Shown here: in pieces, positions 9,564 to 20,634 of the stretch
How the letters are laid out: each line of letters starts with the position of its first letter
How positions within the stretch are numbered: the first letter of the stretch is position 1
Assembly (NCBI GenBank): GCA_903913285.1
Contig: CAIWKO010000056.1
Coordinates: 28,605 to 92,604, forward strand
From: an uncultured Bacteroidales bacterium
GTDB lineage: Bacteria; Bacteroidota; Bacteroidia; Bacteroidales; CAIWKO01
Length of the DNA stretch: 64,000 nt
Direction: 5' to 3'
The notes under the pieces: model-generated
The model's input: only the letters and a program-made list of their open reading frames with translations
What the model was told of the DNA's origin: nothing
The model's database searches: none
Made by a program: the position numbers and the translations under genes

Positions 9564-11033
9564 CTATATGCTAAACCATCCTCGGACCTTTTCTATGTCG
9601 TCGGCGATGGGTTTCCAATAATTAAATTCGTTGGTATGGGATGAATAGTTATAGTCTTTAGCCCATTTTTGATGGTTGAGTGCTACCTCGTTGATGGCAT
9701 CAATTACATAAACCAGTTCGGCGTTGGTCATGGTGGGATGGAGCGACAGACGCACCCAGCCGGGTTTTTCGGACAAGTCGCCGTGGTTAATTTTGGAAGT
9801 TATGTTTTGCGATTGCTGATAGCTTACATCGAGCAGATAGTGTCCGTAGGTGCCGGCACAGGCACAACCTCCGCGCACCTGAATTCCAAAGCGGTCGTTG
9901 AGCAGTTTTACGACGAGATTGTAGTGCACACCTTCGAGATAGAACGAAATAACTCCAAGGCGTTGTTTCACGTTGTCGGCCAAAATATGGATACCTTTTA
10001 TTTTCGGCATCATATCGAAAGCAATTTCCAAGAGTTCTTCCTCGCGTTGGAGCATGTTGGCAGTGCCCATTTTATTTTTTAAATCGATACATAAGGCCGT
10101 TCGAATTGCTTGAAGAAATCCGGGTGTACCACCATCTTCGCGGGCTTCTATATCATCAACATACTTGTATTCGCCCCAACGGTTGGTCCAATCGACAGTG
10201 CCACCACCCGGCCTGTCGGGAGCATGATTGGGATACAGAGCCGAATCGAATATCAACACGCCTGAACTTCCCGGACCTCCCAAAAACTTATGCGGTGAAA
10301 AGAAAATGGCATCGAGTTTTTCCATAGGGTCGGCAGGATGCATGTTCATATCGGAATATGGCGCTGAAGCAGCGAAATCGATAAAACAAACGCCGCCATA
10401 TTGATGCATGAGCCGGGCCATTTGATGGTAGGGCGTTGTGACACCCGTAACATTTGAACAAGCCGTGAATGAACCGATCTTCACCCTGCGGTTTTTATAT
10501 TTTATGAGTTCCTGCTCGAGTTCGTTTAAATCGACAAGCAAATCTTTGCCCGGTTTAACCAGCACGACATCGGCCGAAGTTTCGTACCATGATGTTTGAT
10601 TGGAGTGATGTTCCATGTGGGTGATAAACACCACGGGTTTTTCGCATTTTTTGGGACACTTGCTTTCAATAAGGAGATGGCAATTCCGCAAGCCCAGAAT
10701 GCGCTGAAATTTGTTGATAACAGAGGTCATACCGGTACCGGCAGTTATGATAACATCATTTTTGCCAGCATTTACATGTTCTTTGATCATCCTTAAAGCC
10801 ATGTGATATGAACAGGTCATGCGTGTAGCGGTTTCGTTTGAGCCTGTGTGTGTGTTGCCAATGAAGGGACCCATATCATCAGAAATTCTTTCTTCGATAG
10901 GTTTATAAAACCTTCCGCTGGCAATCCAGTCGGCATAAATCATTTTAACAGTACCGAGTTCGTTGGTAAAAAGCTGGTCGTTGCCTACTATATTCTTTTT
11001 GAAAGGGGCAAAGTATTTTTCGAGTTTTGTCAT
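9564..11033 (-). CDS. Aminotransferase class V-fold PLP-dependent enzyme (cysteine desulfurase/selenocysteine lyase-like)
   Basis: 489 aa. FFSPHKFLGGPGSSGVLIF holds the PLP-lysine motif of class V enzymes, and the N-terminal GNTHTGSNETA fits the family. Confidence 0.85.
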   Translation of the reverse strand: MTKLEKYFAPFKKNIVGNDQLFTNELGTVKMIYADWIASGRFYKPIEERISDDMGPFIGNTHTGSNETATRMTCSYHMALRMIKEHVNAGKNDVIITAGTGMTSVINKFQRILGLRNCHLLIESKCPKKCEKPVVFITHMEHHSNQTSWYETSADVVLVKPGKDLLVDLNELEQELIKYKNRRVKIGSFTACSNVTGVTTPYHQMARLMHQYGGVCFIDFAASAPYSDMNMHPADPMEKLDAIFFSPHKFLGGPGSSGVLIFDSALYPNHAPDRPGGGTVDWTNRWGEYKYVDDIEAREDGGTPGFLQAIRTALCIDLKNKMGTANMLQREEELLEIAFDMMPKIKGIHILADNVKQRLGVISFYLEGVHYNLVVKLLNDRFGIQVRGGCACAGTYGHYLLDVSYQQSQNITSKINHGDLSEKPGWVRLSLHPTMTNAELVYVIDAINEVALNHQKWAKDYNYSSHTNEFNYWKPIADDIEKVRGWFSI

Positions 11034-11153
11034 GGCAAGTTAATATCAGTGCACAAAATTACTCAATCAAATCAAACTTTACGGATAAAAAGTAAGAAAC
11101 AGATATTGAAATTCTCTTCAAACCAAGAAGAAGTATTTTTTATACTAAAACAG

Positions 11154-12245
11154 TTATATATTGATTGATTGTAGTCCTTTTTGACAGACATTCACATCAA
11201 CGCAACTGATACAGGCTCGTTTGATAATGGTGTAATCGAGCAGATCGATATCGTTGGTAAAATAATCTTCTTTTCTGGGCTCTTCGCGCATGAGGTCGGT
11301 GCTCAGATATTTTTTGTTATTATCAGAAAAAACAGTCGCCACGACCGCATCGCTTCCCAAATTATTTTGAGCTATCAGAGCTCCGATAAAATTGGTTCCT
11401 GAAGAAATACCCACAGCTAAACCCAACTGCGACGCAAGTTTTTGAGCCATGATGATGGAATCGCCGTCGGAGACCATAATAACTGAATCGAGCTGATCGA
11501 GTTTTAATATTTCGGGAATAAACTCGTCGGAAATTCCCTGAATGCGATGACTTCCGACCTTGCAACCGGTTGTTAAAGTAGGTGACTCTTTAGGTTCTAT
11601 AGGATGCAGTTTAACTTTTGGGTTTCGGGTTCTAAGATAATTACCCACACCCATTATGGTTCCACCGGTTCCCACTCCTGCTACAAAAGCATCGGGAGTT
11701 AATCCGACAGATAATAACTGATGAAAAAGTTCAGGTCCGGTAGTTAATTCGTGGGCTTTGGCATTATTTTCGTTTGCAAACTGCTTTGGCAAAAAAACAT
11801 TAGGATTGGAAGCAGCTATTTCTTCGGTGATGCGAATACTCCCTAAAAAACCACCTTCTGCTTTGGATACGGGAATAATTTTTGCACCCAAACTGCTAAT
11901 GATATCAACCCGCTCTTTACTCATCCAATCGGGCATAACTATACTCACTTCATGACCGAGGGTTTTTCCGATTGCTGAAAAAGCAATACCTGTATTTCCG
12001 CTTGTTGCTTCCACAATTATATCACCTTTTTTTATGGTGCCAGATTCGTATGCATTTTGCAGAATGTATAAAGCCATTCGGTCTTTAATACTACCTGTTA
12101 TATTAAACTGTTCAATTTTGGCAAATATCCTGCGGATTTCACCTTTGTATTTGAAACGAATGGACACCATTGGCGAATTGCCAACAATGCGCCACAGCTC
12201 CATTATTTTATCGGATAATTCCTGGTCTTTAATTTTATTGTACAT
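11154..12245 (-). CDS. Cysteine synthase/cystathionine beta-synthase family PLP enzyme with a Cys-containing C-terminal extension
   Basis: 363 aa. It has TGSIKDRMA (PLP lysine), ATSGNTGIA and [10 protein letters not shown] motifs. The last ~50 aa (…[15 protein letters not shown]…) extend beyond a typical CysK. Confidence 0.85.
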   Translation of the reverse strand: MYNKIKDQELSDKIMELWRIVGNSPMVSIRFKYKGEIRRIFAKIEQFNITGSIKDRMALYILQNAYESGTIKKGDIIVEATSGNTGIAFSAIGKTLGHEVSIVMPDWMSKERVDIISSLGAKIIPVSKAEGGFLGSIRITEEIAASNPNVFLPKQFANENNAKAHELTTGPELFHQLLSVGLTPDAFVAGVGTGGTIMGVGNYLRTRNPKVKLHPIEPKESPTLTTGCKVGSHRIQGISDEFIPEILKLDQLDSVIMVSDGDSIIMAQKLASQLGLAVGISSGTNFIGALIAQNNLGSDAVVATVFSDNNKKYLSTDLMREEPRKEDYFTNDIDLLDYTIIKRACISCVDVNVCQKGLQSINI

Positions 12246-12364
12246 TTTTAAAAACTATTATGTTGTTTAACAATACTTTTTTTCGACAGCAAAAATAATT
12301 TTTTTATTTTAATTTCTATTCTTCTCTAATTTCTTAACATTTTTTAAATTAGTTTTTCACTTTT

Positions 12365-15300
12365 CTATTGATTCGGATTTTCGTTCTGGTTTTCATCGGG
12401 ATTATCGGATTGCCCGATCTTTTTCAGAAAATCGTTCTTACGTTTTTCGGTAGCTATGATAAAAGCGTATTGTGGCTGTTTGTCTTCGGCTTTGAGAATA
12501 TTCTTGTTCGATTCCATGACCTTTTTGATCTGATCATTATAATCTTTGCGGGAAGAAATAGATTGCAGTTTGTTTTGCGAATAATTGAAAAAATACCAAT
12601 CATCCCCTATTTCGAAATACATATTGAGGATATTTCCACTGCGTTTGCGGGCAATTTCAACATAACCCGTAACATATTTATTCAACTGATTGTCGCCAAT
12701 CATGGCGATGCCGATAGGTCCCTGCGAAACGAAAGAACGCGATTTTGAATTCCACTGGAATCTAAGATCTGAGAATACCATAGTGTGCGAGAGTTCGTCG
12801 GGGATGCTTTTGAATTTACCGGAAAGGCTGAGCTGACTGATAAGATCGTCGGCTTTTTTGGGCCCAACCAACATACGCATGGCATTATAGAATTTATCGG
12901 CGCCGGGGTCGGCAGCATTCAAGCCACTGTTATCTTGAATGGATTTGGTGAGGATATTGGTTGCATCTTTATCGAAGAAGAAGTCGAGATTGACTACCAG
13001 ATCGAAAACGGTATTACCGGTTGTCATATTATGTTCGACAGTGCCATAGGAATCGAGTTTCACACGCCCCAGATTAGCACTCAAATTTACTTTTCCCTGA
13101 CCGAATACTTTACATTCTTTTTTGTCGAGATAAACAAAGTTTTCGGGTTTCACGTTCTTGGCGGCAGAGTCAATTTCGGGCCCGACATAATATCGTTGAA
13201 AAACTTTGTCGTAGGTAAGTTTCCCAACAGCAGATATAACCTCATCATCGCTAAAATGTTTTTTCTTATAGGCAAAAGCAGGATACACCAGCGTGGAATC
13301 GTCGCCCATGTATAGCCCCATTCCCAGAAACTCGCCACTGGCCCCGTTGACATATTCTTTAGGCTTGTCAGAAATAGGAATCGCAACATTCTTCGGATCG
13401 ATGTCGGCAGCAAAACGCAGCCATTTATGTTTCAAGGTATCGCAATCGTGTTTTATCATCGTGCCCCCATCGAAATTGAGAAACTCTTTTTCGGCAAACA
13501 TATAGGCTTTGCCCTGAAATCCAAAGAAAGGACTTAACATAAAATTCGCGGGTTCGTTAATGTCGCCAATGCCGATGGTATGTCCAGCAGTATCAACTTT
13601 TATGGTATTCAAATAAATTTTTTGCCGGGTATCCATTTCATCGACATAATCGTAGGTTCCGGTGCCCGAATATTTCTTTTTAGAGATGATATCGGCCGAA
13701 GCATCGTAGATGTAATGGAATTTGGTATCGGTGTTAGCTATTATGGTACAATTTTTAAGTGGCAGCAATTCGGCCTTTTTCAACACGGTGACCTTACCCG
13801 AGTCGGGGAAAATGGCTGCATCGGCAACTAATATCACCGGAACATCGCTGGCATAAATGATGTTTTCGTTCAGATTATACATAGCGTCGGGAGCATAGAA
13901 ATTAAGAGAATCCTGAGCAGGATGTTCGGAAACGAAATAGGATTTCTTCAGGTCTTCTTCAATAAGCTCCTTTTTTGTTTTTGTTTTCAGATAAGCTAAT
14001 TCCTTTTTCATGCTGCTTTGGAAGTTGAGCAGATCTTTATCCATATACCAGTCGAAATTGTAGAGATAACAAGCATAGTTGTTGAACGGGAAAGTGATCT
14101 TTGAATTTTCGTCGTTCGATTTGAACTTGCCCAATTGTTTTGTGAAATCAATGTTTACATTAAAGTTATCGGTTTGTAATACCAGATCGTTTAGGTCGGG
14201 AGTTTTGAATTTCACTCTTGTAGTGTCGGAAGTGAATGAATTGTGTTTGAAATTATATTCTTTTGAAAGCATCTCGACCTTGCCGAAAATCATAGTACCA
14301 TTAGCCGAAAGTCCTTTTGATTGCAAACTGAGCCCTCCGTTGAGGATAGCTTTTGAAGAGAACAGATCGAAAGGCTTTGATTTTTGCTTGACGTTCATGA
14401 TATCACTATAGGGATACCATTTCACGTCGACATCTTCGGCATATACTGTAGGGAATTCAACCGGGGTTGATTTTTCCTTTATAGTATATTTATAAGCATC
14501 GGCCCATAAGGAATCGGGAAAAAAGACAAAACTGTTTGAATGAACTTCGGAAGTCAGATATTTCAGTACGCCACGGCCCAAAAAACCTTTGTAACTCAAA
14601 TCCACAATAGAATCGTAGCGACCTTTACCACCATAAGCAGCATAACCGCCATCGGGAGTTGTGAGCACAAAGCCCAGCGAGAAATCTGGCTGCACAGTAA
14701 GCGGTTCGACTATGTCGGGGAATATGCCAGCTGAAACCAGATATCCGTTAAATTGCTTCTTTTCGCTGTTATAGCTATCGAGACTATCGATTCGAAACGG
14801 TTGCAGCCTGTAATAAAAACGATCGCGGGTATATACTTTTTTATAAATAAAGGGCTTATCGTAATATACATAAGCGTCTTTTTTACTAATGAATGAAGGA
14901 TATGTAGGGAAAGGTTTTAAACCCGATTTATTATTTTGTTGGTCGATAAGCAATTCTCCATTAAGATCTTCAACTACAGTACGAACTTTTACAAGGGGAT
15001 GATGACCATAGAAATCGACAGGCTGCGAACGGTCCTGAACTTTGAAACTCATGGAATCGATCATGACCATATCGAATTTAAACTTATCGTAGTTGAACTC
15101 AAATTTCTTTCCATAATAGTCGAATAAACCAGCATGAATTTTACCATCAAATTCGAAATCGCGATTCTTTTTCAAAGTAAGTTCCTGTTCATATGGATCA
15201 ATGTATACGGATTGCGAATCGCTGAGAAAAACTCTGGCAACACCACGCAACTTCAGATCGTAGTTCATCAGGTTGAGAGTGGCATTACTCTGAGTTGAAA

Positions 15301-16909
15301 TCACCGAATTAAACTGAATTACATCGTAATCTGTTTTACCACTTTTTGCGTTAATGTAATTATAGATGCGGTCTTTAAGCACCACTATTCCATCGTCCAT
15401 ATTATAAATAATGAAGCCCTTTTCCGCAAAGGTCAGTAAAAGCACCTGAACCTGAACTCTGGCAACTTTCATTTTATTTATAATATCGTCTTCAGTGATG
15501 GTTTTACTACCTTTTTCATCAGCAATCTTTTTCAAAACAACTAATGGATGAACATCATCCAGTCCCCGAAGTTTCTCCCATCTATATTCGCTGTAATAAT
15601 TATCGGATTCAAAAATAGCAGCACTTTCACTTGTAGAACCTTTCACGAATGTGAAATCAATTTTGGGCTGGTCGAGTTTCCAATAAAGAGCTTCGATATA
15701 CATATCAACCTTGTGATACGTGTTATAGTATGGGCTTTTAGAAATACCATTATTTTCGCGAATCAAACTAAGTTCACGATTTTCGTTGCTGTATTTCATT
15801 TTTACACCCGGATGAAAAATGGAATCTTTGTCGACATATATCACAACCGAGGCCAATTCAGAACCAATCATATCTTTTCGAATGACAAATGCTTTGGAGC
15901 CAAGTTTTACAAAACATTTATTATCTTTCTTGAAATACAAGAAAGCATTATTATCCTTATTGCCAATACCCATCAACTTTGGACCAAACATTGCGAATCC
16001 CCCGGCATAATCAATATCCTTAAAAATATCTTTCAACTCAAGGTGATTATCAAAAGAAGTGAATCTCGGATACGAAACACGGTCATCCCCGACATCTGCC
16101 AGTACTTTTTCTTCGAATTTTCCATATAAAGGTCGTTGAAAAAAATTGGTATTATAGAAAGTAACTGTATCAACCGAAAATTCTGATTTGCTAAGCTGAA
16201 TCAAATATTTTTTATGTATTTCGGCATGTACTTCCTCATGTGGAAAGCCAGCGCGATCCCAATATATATTACCATTCTTACCAACCCAATAGTTTGTTGT
16301 TGGATAATAGCGGCCCTGAGTATTGTAGATTGTAGAACTATCATTCTTTTTCACACAAGTAAGATCGAGGGAAGGAAATTCAAAATAGGGTAATGAGTCG
16401 TATTTAAAACTAAAATCAGGTGAACTGGATTTCCAACTGGTGAGTTGAGAGTCATATAAATAGTTTTTCAATAGCAATAGATTGGTTGACTCGAGCAACG
16501 ACATAAAGCGAATACTGTTAGTCATGGATGCTAATTTTCGCAAACAAACATGCCATGCGTCATAGTTCTCGTCGGTTTGTTTTGATTTGGAAAAATTGAT
16601 CTCAGCACGCAAATATTGTTCATAATTCGGATAAGTTTTCATTTTTCTTTTGAGCATCACATTGCACATCGAATAAATCGAATCTTTTGAATCCTGAGTA
16701 AATTTATTGGTGAGCCACAGATCGGAAAATTCTGTCATTAAAACTTTCCCTGCATCTTTCAGTTCTCTGGAATTGCCTGCATCAAACATTTCTGTCAGTT
16801 CTTTCAGGAATGCATCGCCTGGTTTGGAAAAAGTTTTAACTGGCTGCGAAAAAGCTTTTGATATTATGAGCAGAAAAAATATTAGAAAAATGAGAGAGTT
16901 TTTTTTCAT
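12365..16909 (-). CDS. Large secreted protein of unknown function (1514 aa)
   Basis: The long uninterrupted ORF has a signal peptide (MKKNSLIFLIFFLLIISKAFSQ) and an acidic/Asn-rich C-terminal tail. I recognise no family motif. Track ORFs on other frames inside it are short. Confidence 0.85.
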   Translation of the reverse strand: MKKNSLIFLIFFLLIISKAFSQPVKTFSKPGDAFLKELTEMFDAGNSRELKDAGKVLMTEFSDLWLTNKFTQDSKDSIYSMCNVMLKRKMKTYPNYEQYLRAEINFSKSKQTDENYDAWHVCLRKLASMTNSIRFMSLLESTNLLLLKNYLYDSQLTSWKSSSPDFSFKYDSLPYFEFPSLDLTCVKKNDSSTIYNTQGRYYPTTNYWVGKNGNIYWDRAGFPHEEVHAEIHKKYLIQLSKSEFSVDTVTFYNTNFFQRPLYGKFEEKVLADVGDDRVSYPRFTSFDNHLELKDIFKDIDYAGGFAMFGPKLMGIGNKDNNAFLYFKKDNKCFVKLGSKAFVIRKDMIGSELASVVIYVDKDSIFHPGVKMKYSNENRELSLIRENNGISKSPYYNTYHKVDMYIEALYWKLDQPKIDFTFVKGSTSESAAIFESDNYYSEYRWEKLRGLDDVHPLVVLKKIADEKGSKTITEDDIINKMKVARVQVQVLLLTFAEKGFIIYNMDDGIVVLKDRIYNYINAKSGKTDYDVIQFNSVISTQSNATLNLMNYDLKLRGVARVFLSDSQSVYIDPYEQELTLKKNRDFEFDGKIHAGLFDYYGKKFEFNYDKFKFDMVMIDSMSFKVQDRSQPVDFYGHHPLVKVRTVVEDLNGELLIDQQNNKSGLKPFPTYPSFISKKDAYVYYDKPFIYKKVYTRDRFYYRLQPFRIDSLDSYNSEKKQFNGYLVSAGIFPDIVEPLTVQPDFSLGFVLTTPDGGYAAYGGKGRYDSIVDLSYKGFLGRGVLKYLTSEVHSNSFVFFPDSLWADAYKYTIKEKSTPVEFPTVYAEDVDVKWYPYSDIMNVKQKSKPFDLFSSKAILNGGLSLQSKGLSANGTMIFGKVEMLSKEYNFKHNSFTSDTTRVKFKTPDLNDLVLQTDNFNVNIDFTKQLGKFKSNDENSKITFPFNNYACYLYNFDWYMDKDLLNFQSSMKKELAYLKTKTKKELIEEDLKKSYFVSEHPAQDSLNFYAPDAMYNLNENIIYASDVPVILVADAAIFPDSGKVTVLKKAELLPLKNCTIIANTDTKFHYIYDASADIISKKKYSGTGTYDYVDEMDTRQKIYLNTIKVDTAGHTIGIGDINEPANFMLSPFFGFQGKAYMFAEKEFLNFDGGTMIKHDCDTLKHKWLRFAADIDPKNVAIPISDKPKEYVNGASGEFLGMGLYMGDDSTLVYPAFAYKKKHFSDDEVISAVGKLTYDKVFQRYYVGPEIDSAAKNVKPENFVYLDKKECKVFGQGKVNLSANLGRVKLDSYGTVEHNMTTGNTVFDLVVNLDFFFDKDATNILTKSIQDNSGLNAADPGADKFYNAMRMLVGPKKADDLISQLSLSGKFKSIPDELSHTMVFSDLRFQWNSKSRSFVSQGPIGIAMIGDNQLNKYVTGYVEIARKRSGNILNMYFEIGDDWYFFNYSQNKLQSISSRKDYNDQIKKVMESNKNILKAEDKQPQYAFIIATEKRKNDFLKKIGQSDNPDENQNENPNQ

Positions 16910-16919
16910 AAGAGAAAAG

Positions 16920-17750
16920 TTAACTTTTTAAATAAACTGAAGCACACCAGTTATGCATTGTTACATAACGTCCGTATTGCAGTCCAAATTGTGCGGTTTT
17001 TTCATTTATTAACGGCAGATCCGATTCATAAAAACCACTTAACAGCAGTTTGCCGCCTTTTTTTATTACGGAAGCATATTCAGGAATATCATTCAATAAA
17101 ATATTGCGGTTGATATTTGCCAAAACTATATCAAAACTCTGATTGTGAAGCAAAGTTGCATCGCCCAACTGCACTTCAATTTCGGGAGCAAAATTCTTAA
17201 TTATATTAGCTTTTGCATTATTAAAGGCCCATTCATCGTTATCGACAGCAAGAATATGTTTAGCACACATTTTATGTGCAAGAATTGCAAGTATAGCTGT
17301 GCCACAACCCATATCGAGCAGGTTTTTACCTGCTACATCTTGTTCGAGCAATAGCTTTGCCATCAGATTTGTGGTTTCGTGATGACCAGTTCCGAAGGAC
17401 ATCTCGGGCTCAATAATTATCTCGTATTTATAACCGATTTTTTGTGGGTGAAACGGAGCTCGGATATAACAAAGCTTTTCGATCTCAACGGGTTCGAAAT
17501 CGCTTTCCCAAACAGCATTCCAGTTTTGGTCAGCAATTTTGTGGATGTTATAGTTTATCTTTATTTCCTTGTTTTCAAATGCACTCAATTGTCTGAGTTT
17601 TGTTTCATCAAAATCTTTTTCAGGAATGTATCCCTGAAAACCATTATCGTTTTCAACAAAACTTTCGAAACCAAATTCCGAAAATTCAGCCATAACGATC
17701 TCTATAAAACGCTGAGGAAAAACTTTGCAATTAAGTTCAATGTATTTCAT
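16920..17750 (-). CDS. prmA: Ribosomal protein L11 methyltransferase
   Basis: 276 aa. It has the PrmA N-terminal domain plus LLDMGCGTAILAI (SAM motif I) and ANINRNILL. Confidence 0.9.
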   Translation of the reverse strand: MKYIELNCKVFPQRFIEIVMAEFSEFGFESFVENDNGFQGYIPEKDFDETKLRQLSAFENKEIKINYNIHKIADQNWNAVWESDFEPVEIEKLCYIRAPFHPQKIGYKYEIIIEPEMSFGTGHHETTNLMAKLLLEQDVAGKNLLDMGCGTAILAILAHKMCAKHILAVDNDEWAFNNAKANIIKNFAPEIEVQLGDATLLHNQSFDIVLANINRNILLNDIPEYASVIKKGGKLLLSGFYESDLPLINEKTAQFGLQYGRYVTMHNWCASVYLKS

Positions 17751-17756
17751 AAGATC

Positions 17757-18533
17757 TCAGATAACAGATTCGATAATTGTTATAAAATCCTGAACTTTCA
17801 GCGATGCGCCTCCGATTAATCCACCATCCACATCAGGCATGGAAAATAGTTCGCGTGCATTTTGAGCATTGCAGCTTCCACCATAAAGCAGAGAAATGTT
17901 TTGTGATGTTTCATCACCATATTTTTCAGCGATCAGACTACGAATATAGGCATGCATTTCCTGAGCCTGCTGAGGACTTGCTGTTCTACCTGTTCCGATG
18001 GCCCATACAGGCTCGTAGGCAATAATAACTTGTTCAAAATCTACAACATTTAATTGGAAAAGTGATTCCTGCAATTGTGTTCTTATTACTTCAAAATGCT
18101 GTGATGCTTCCCTTTCGTTCAGTACCTCACCAATGCAAAAGATCGGTTTCATATCGTGTTTTAGTGCAGCCAGTACCTTACGTGCCAAAAACAGATAATC
18201 TTCTTTAAAATAGCTTCTTCGTTCGGAGTGACCTATAATAATATATTTTGCACCAACCGACTTTATCATATTGACCGAAACTTCACCCGTGAATGCTCCA
18301 CTTTCTTCCGGATAACAATTTTGAGAAGCTACGAAAACATTCGGAAACTCATGAATCAATTTATAACATTCGTTCAAATAGACAAAAGGAGGCGCTAATA
18401 CAATTTCCAGATCCTTTATATTAATAAGTTCAGGCCTTGCTTTTAGCTCTTGACATATTTCATTCACCAGCAATATGGCTTCAGGTAAGGTTTTGTTCAT
18501 TTTCCAGTTGCCTGCAATAATTTTTTTTCGCAT
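17757..18533 (-). CDS. tpiA: Triosephosphate isomerase
   Basis: MRKKIIAGNWKMNKT, IIGHSERR and AYEPVWAIGTG are canonical TIM motifs. I moved the start to the internal ATG 18533. The 30-codon track extension looks non-coding. Confidence 0.95.
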   Translation of the reverse strand: MRKKIIAGNWKMNKTLPEAILLVNEICQELKARPELINIKDLEIVLAPPFVYLNECYKLIHEFPNVFVASQNCYPEESGAFTGEVSVNMIKSVGAKYIIIGHSERRSYFKEDYLFLARKVLAALKHDMKPIFCIGEVLNEREASQHFEVIRTQLQESLFQLNVVDFEQVIIAYEPVWAIGTGRTASPQQAQEMHAYIRSLIAEKYGDETSQNISLLYGGSCNAQNARELFSMPDVDGGLIGGASLKVQDFITIIESVI

Positions 18534-18681
18534 AAAATCCTTTTTAAGAAGCAGCAAATAATAATGAACAAAAATACGTTTTTCGAAAAGATTTATTAAA
18601 ATTATTTTCCACTTAAGCGGCATTTTAATGCTTATGGTTTCGAAATCATAAATATTATTTTCATAGCATCAAAAGGTTCCA

Positions 18682-18699
18682 TAATTTTGTTTAGGTTTG
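18682..18699 (+). promoter_or_regulatory. Two adjacent exact TAnnTTTG boxes (TAATTTTG, TAGGTTTG) upstream of the acyl-CoA synthetase
   Basis: The motif matches lie 27-45 nt upstream of ATG 18727. No experimental support. Confidence 0.35.
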
Positions 18700-18726
18700 T
18701 GCTGATTTCAATAATAAATTGTATCG

Positions 18727-20634
18727 ATGACACTGCCCGAGTTGTTTAAAACCGCTGTTAAACGTTATCCGAATAACGCTTTATTATGGGAAAAAATAAG
18801 CGATTTATACACTCCAATTTCTTATGCAGAAACTTATAAAAGAGTTCATGATATTGCAGGAGGTTTGTTATCAGCAGGAATTCGAAAGAATGACAAGGTC
18901 GTTCTGCTGTCGGAAGGAAGAAACGACTGGATCATCAGCGAACTTGCAGTTTTATTTGCCGGAGGGGTTTGTGTTCCTGTTTCAATCAAAATTGATGAAC
19001 CCGGCGAATTAAAATTTCGCATTGAACATTCAGATTCGAGATTCATCATTGTTTCGGGCCGACAGCTTTTTAAGATCGATAAACTACACAATGAATTGCC
19101 GCTTTTGGAAAAAATTATCGTGATTGATAACAAAGAGTTTTCTGACTCAAAATTTATTAGCCTCACTGATATCATAAAGCTTGGAATAGAATTCAATCAG
19201 GCATATCCTGACAAACTGGATGAAGCAACTACGCAAATAAAACCCGATGATGTTGCCAATATCTGTTATACTTCGGGAACTACTGCCGATCCGAAAGGAA
19301 TTATGCTCACGCATCGCAACTATACAACCAATGCAGAACAATCATGCACTTTGTTCGAGGTGCCTGAATGGTATGTTTCGCTGATGATCTTGCCATGGGA
19401 TCATTCGTTTGCTCATACTGTTGGTATTTACACGCTGATGAAGAACGGAGCAAGTATCGCCTCGGTGCAATTGGGGAAAACTGCGCTCGAATCACTGAAA
19501 AATATTCCGATAAACATCAGGGAAATAAAACCCGTATTTTTATTAAGTGTACCGGCACTTGCGCGTAGTTTTAAGAACAATATTGAGAAATCGATACGTG
19601 ATAAAGGCCGCTTTACGGAGTTTTTATTAAAGACCGCCCTAACGACCGCATACTTTTATAATTCTTACGGATTTGATAAAGGAAAAGGCATGCGAGCAAT
19701 TGTTCGACCTTTTAATGCCCTGTTCGATATGATACTCTTTAAAAAGATACGCGCCGGATTCGGAGGCAAACTTAAATTCTTTGTGGGCGGAGGGGCTTTG
19801 CTGGATATGGAGTTTCAACGGTTTTTCTATGCCATCGGCATTCCGATGTATCAGGGTTATGGATTGAGCGAAGCATCGCCCGTTATCTCATCGAACACAC
19901 CGGATTTTCATAAATTAGGTTCATCGGGAAAGACGGTTGTTAATATGCAATTGCGGATATGCGACGAAAACGGCAACGAATTGCCCACAGGCGAAAAAGG
20001 AGAGATCGTTATAAAAGGTAACAATGTGATGGCAGGTTATTGGAAGAATGAAAAAGCTACCGCGGAAACCATTCGTGACGGTTGGTTATACACAGGCGAT
20101 ATGGGTTATCTGGATAAGGACGGTTTTTTATACGTTACCGGACGCTTTAAAAGTTTGCTGATCGGCAGTGATGGAGAGAAATACAGTCCCGAAGCTATAG
20201 AGGAAGCATTGGTTTCGACTTCAAGCCTTATTGAACAGGCGATGCTTTATAATAATCAAAAGCCTTATACCGTTGCTTTGGTGGTTTTGAATACCGAAAA
20301 AATCAGGGCACTTATTCAGCATAGAAACATCCACCCCGATGACGACGATTCATTAAAGGCTGTTATAAAAGCTATTCAACACGAAATAACCGAATTTACT
20401 GAAGGTGGAAAACATCATGGCAAGTTTCCGCAACGATGGATACCATCAACATTTGCAATAATACCGGAACCCTTTACCGAAAAAAATGGTATGATAAACT
20501 CCACGATGAAAATGGTGCGCGGCAAAATAACCGATGCTTATATGCTCCGCATCGAACACATGTATGCACCCGAAGGAAAAGACATTTATAATGCAGAGAA
20601 TTTGAAGAGTTTGAAGATGATTTTAGGTATTTAG
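18727..20634 (+). CDS. fadD: Long-chain fatty acid--CoA ligase (AMP-forming)
   Basis: 635 aa. It has YTSGTTADPKGIMLTHRN (AMP-binding motif I), YGLSEASP, and GWLYTGDMGYLDKDGFLYVTGR. Confidence 0.9.
   Translation: MTLPELFKTAVKRYPNNALLWEKISDLYTPISYAETYKRVHDIAGGLLSAGIRKNDKVVLLSEGRNDWIISELAVLFAGGVCVPVSIKIDEPGELKFRIEHSDSRFIIVSGRQLFKIDKLHNELPLLEKIIVIDNKEFSDSKFISLTDIIKLGIEFNQAYPDKLDEATTQIKPDDVANICYTSGTTADPKGIMLTHRNYTTNAEQSCTLFEVPEWYVSLMILPWDHSFAHTVGIYTLMKNGASIASVQLGKTALESLKNIPINIREIKPVFLLSVPALARSFKNNIEKSIRDKGRFTEFLLKTALTTAYFYNSYGFDKGKGMRAIVRPFNALFDMILFKKIRAGFGGKLKFFVGGGALLDMEFQRFFYAIGIPMYQGYGLSEASPVISSNTPDFHKLGSSGKTVVNMQLRICDENGNELPTGEKGEIVIKGNNVMAGYWKNEKATAETIRDGWLYTGDMGYLDKDGFLYVTGRFKSLLIGSDGEKYSPEAIEEALVSTSSLIEQAMLYNNQKPYTVALVVLNTEKIRALIQHRNIHPDDDDSLKAVIKAIQHEITEFTEGGKHHGKFPQRWIPSTFAIIPEPFTEKNGMINSTMKMVRGKITDAYMLRIEHMYAPEGKDIYNAENLKSLKMILGI

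Noticed and set aside
9070-9644. 163-aa (minus strand) and 77/76-aa (plus strand) ORFs across array 1
   Set aside because: They exist only because the 21-bp period is a multiple of 3. The frames are open on both strands at once, the 163-aa ORF starts at a GTG, and its translation is just the repeated unit.
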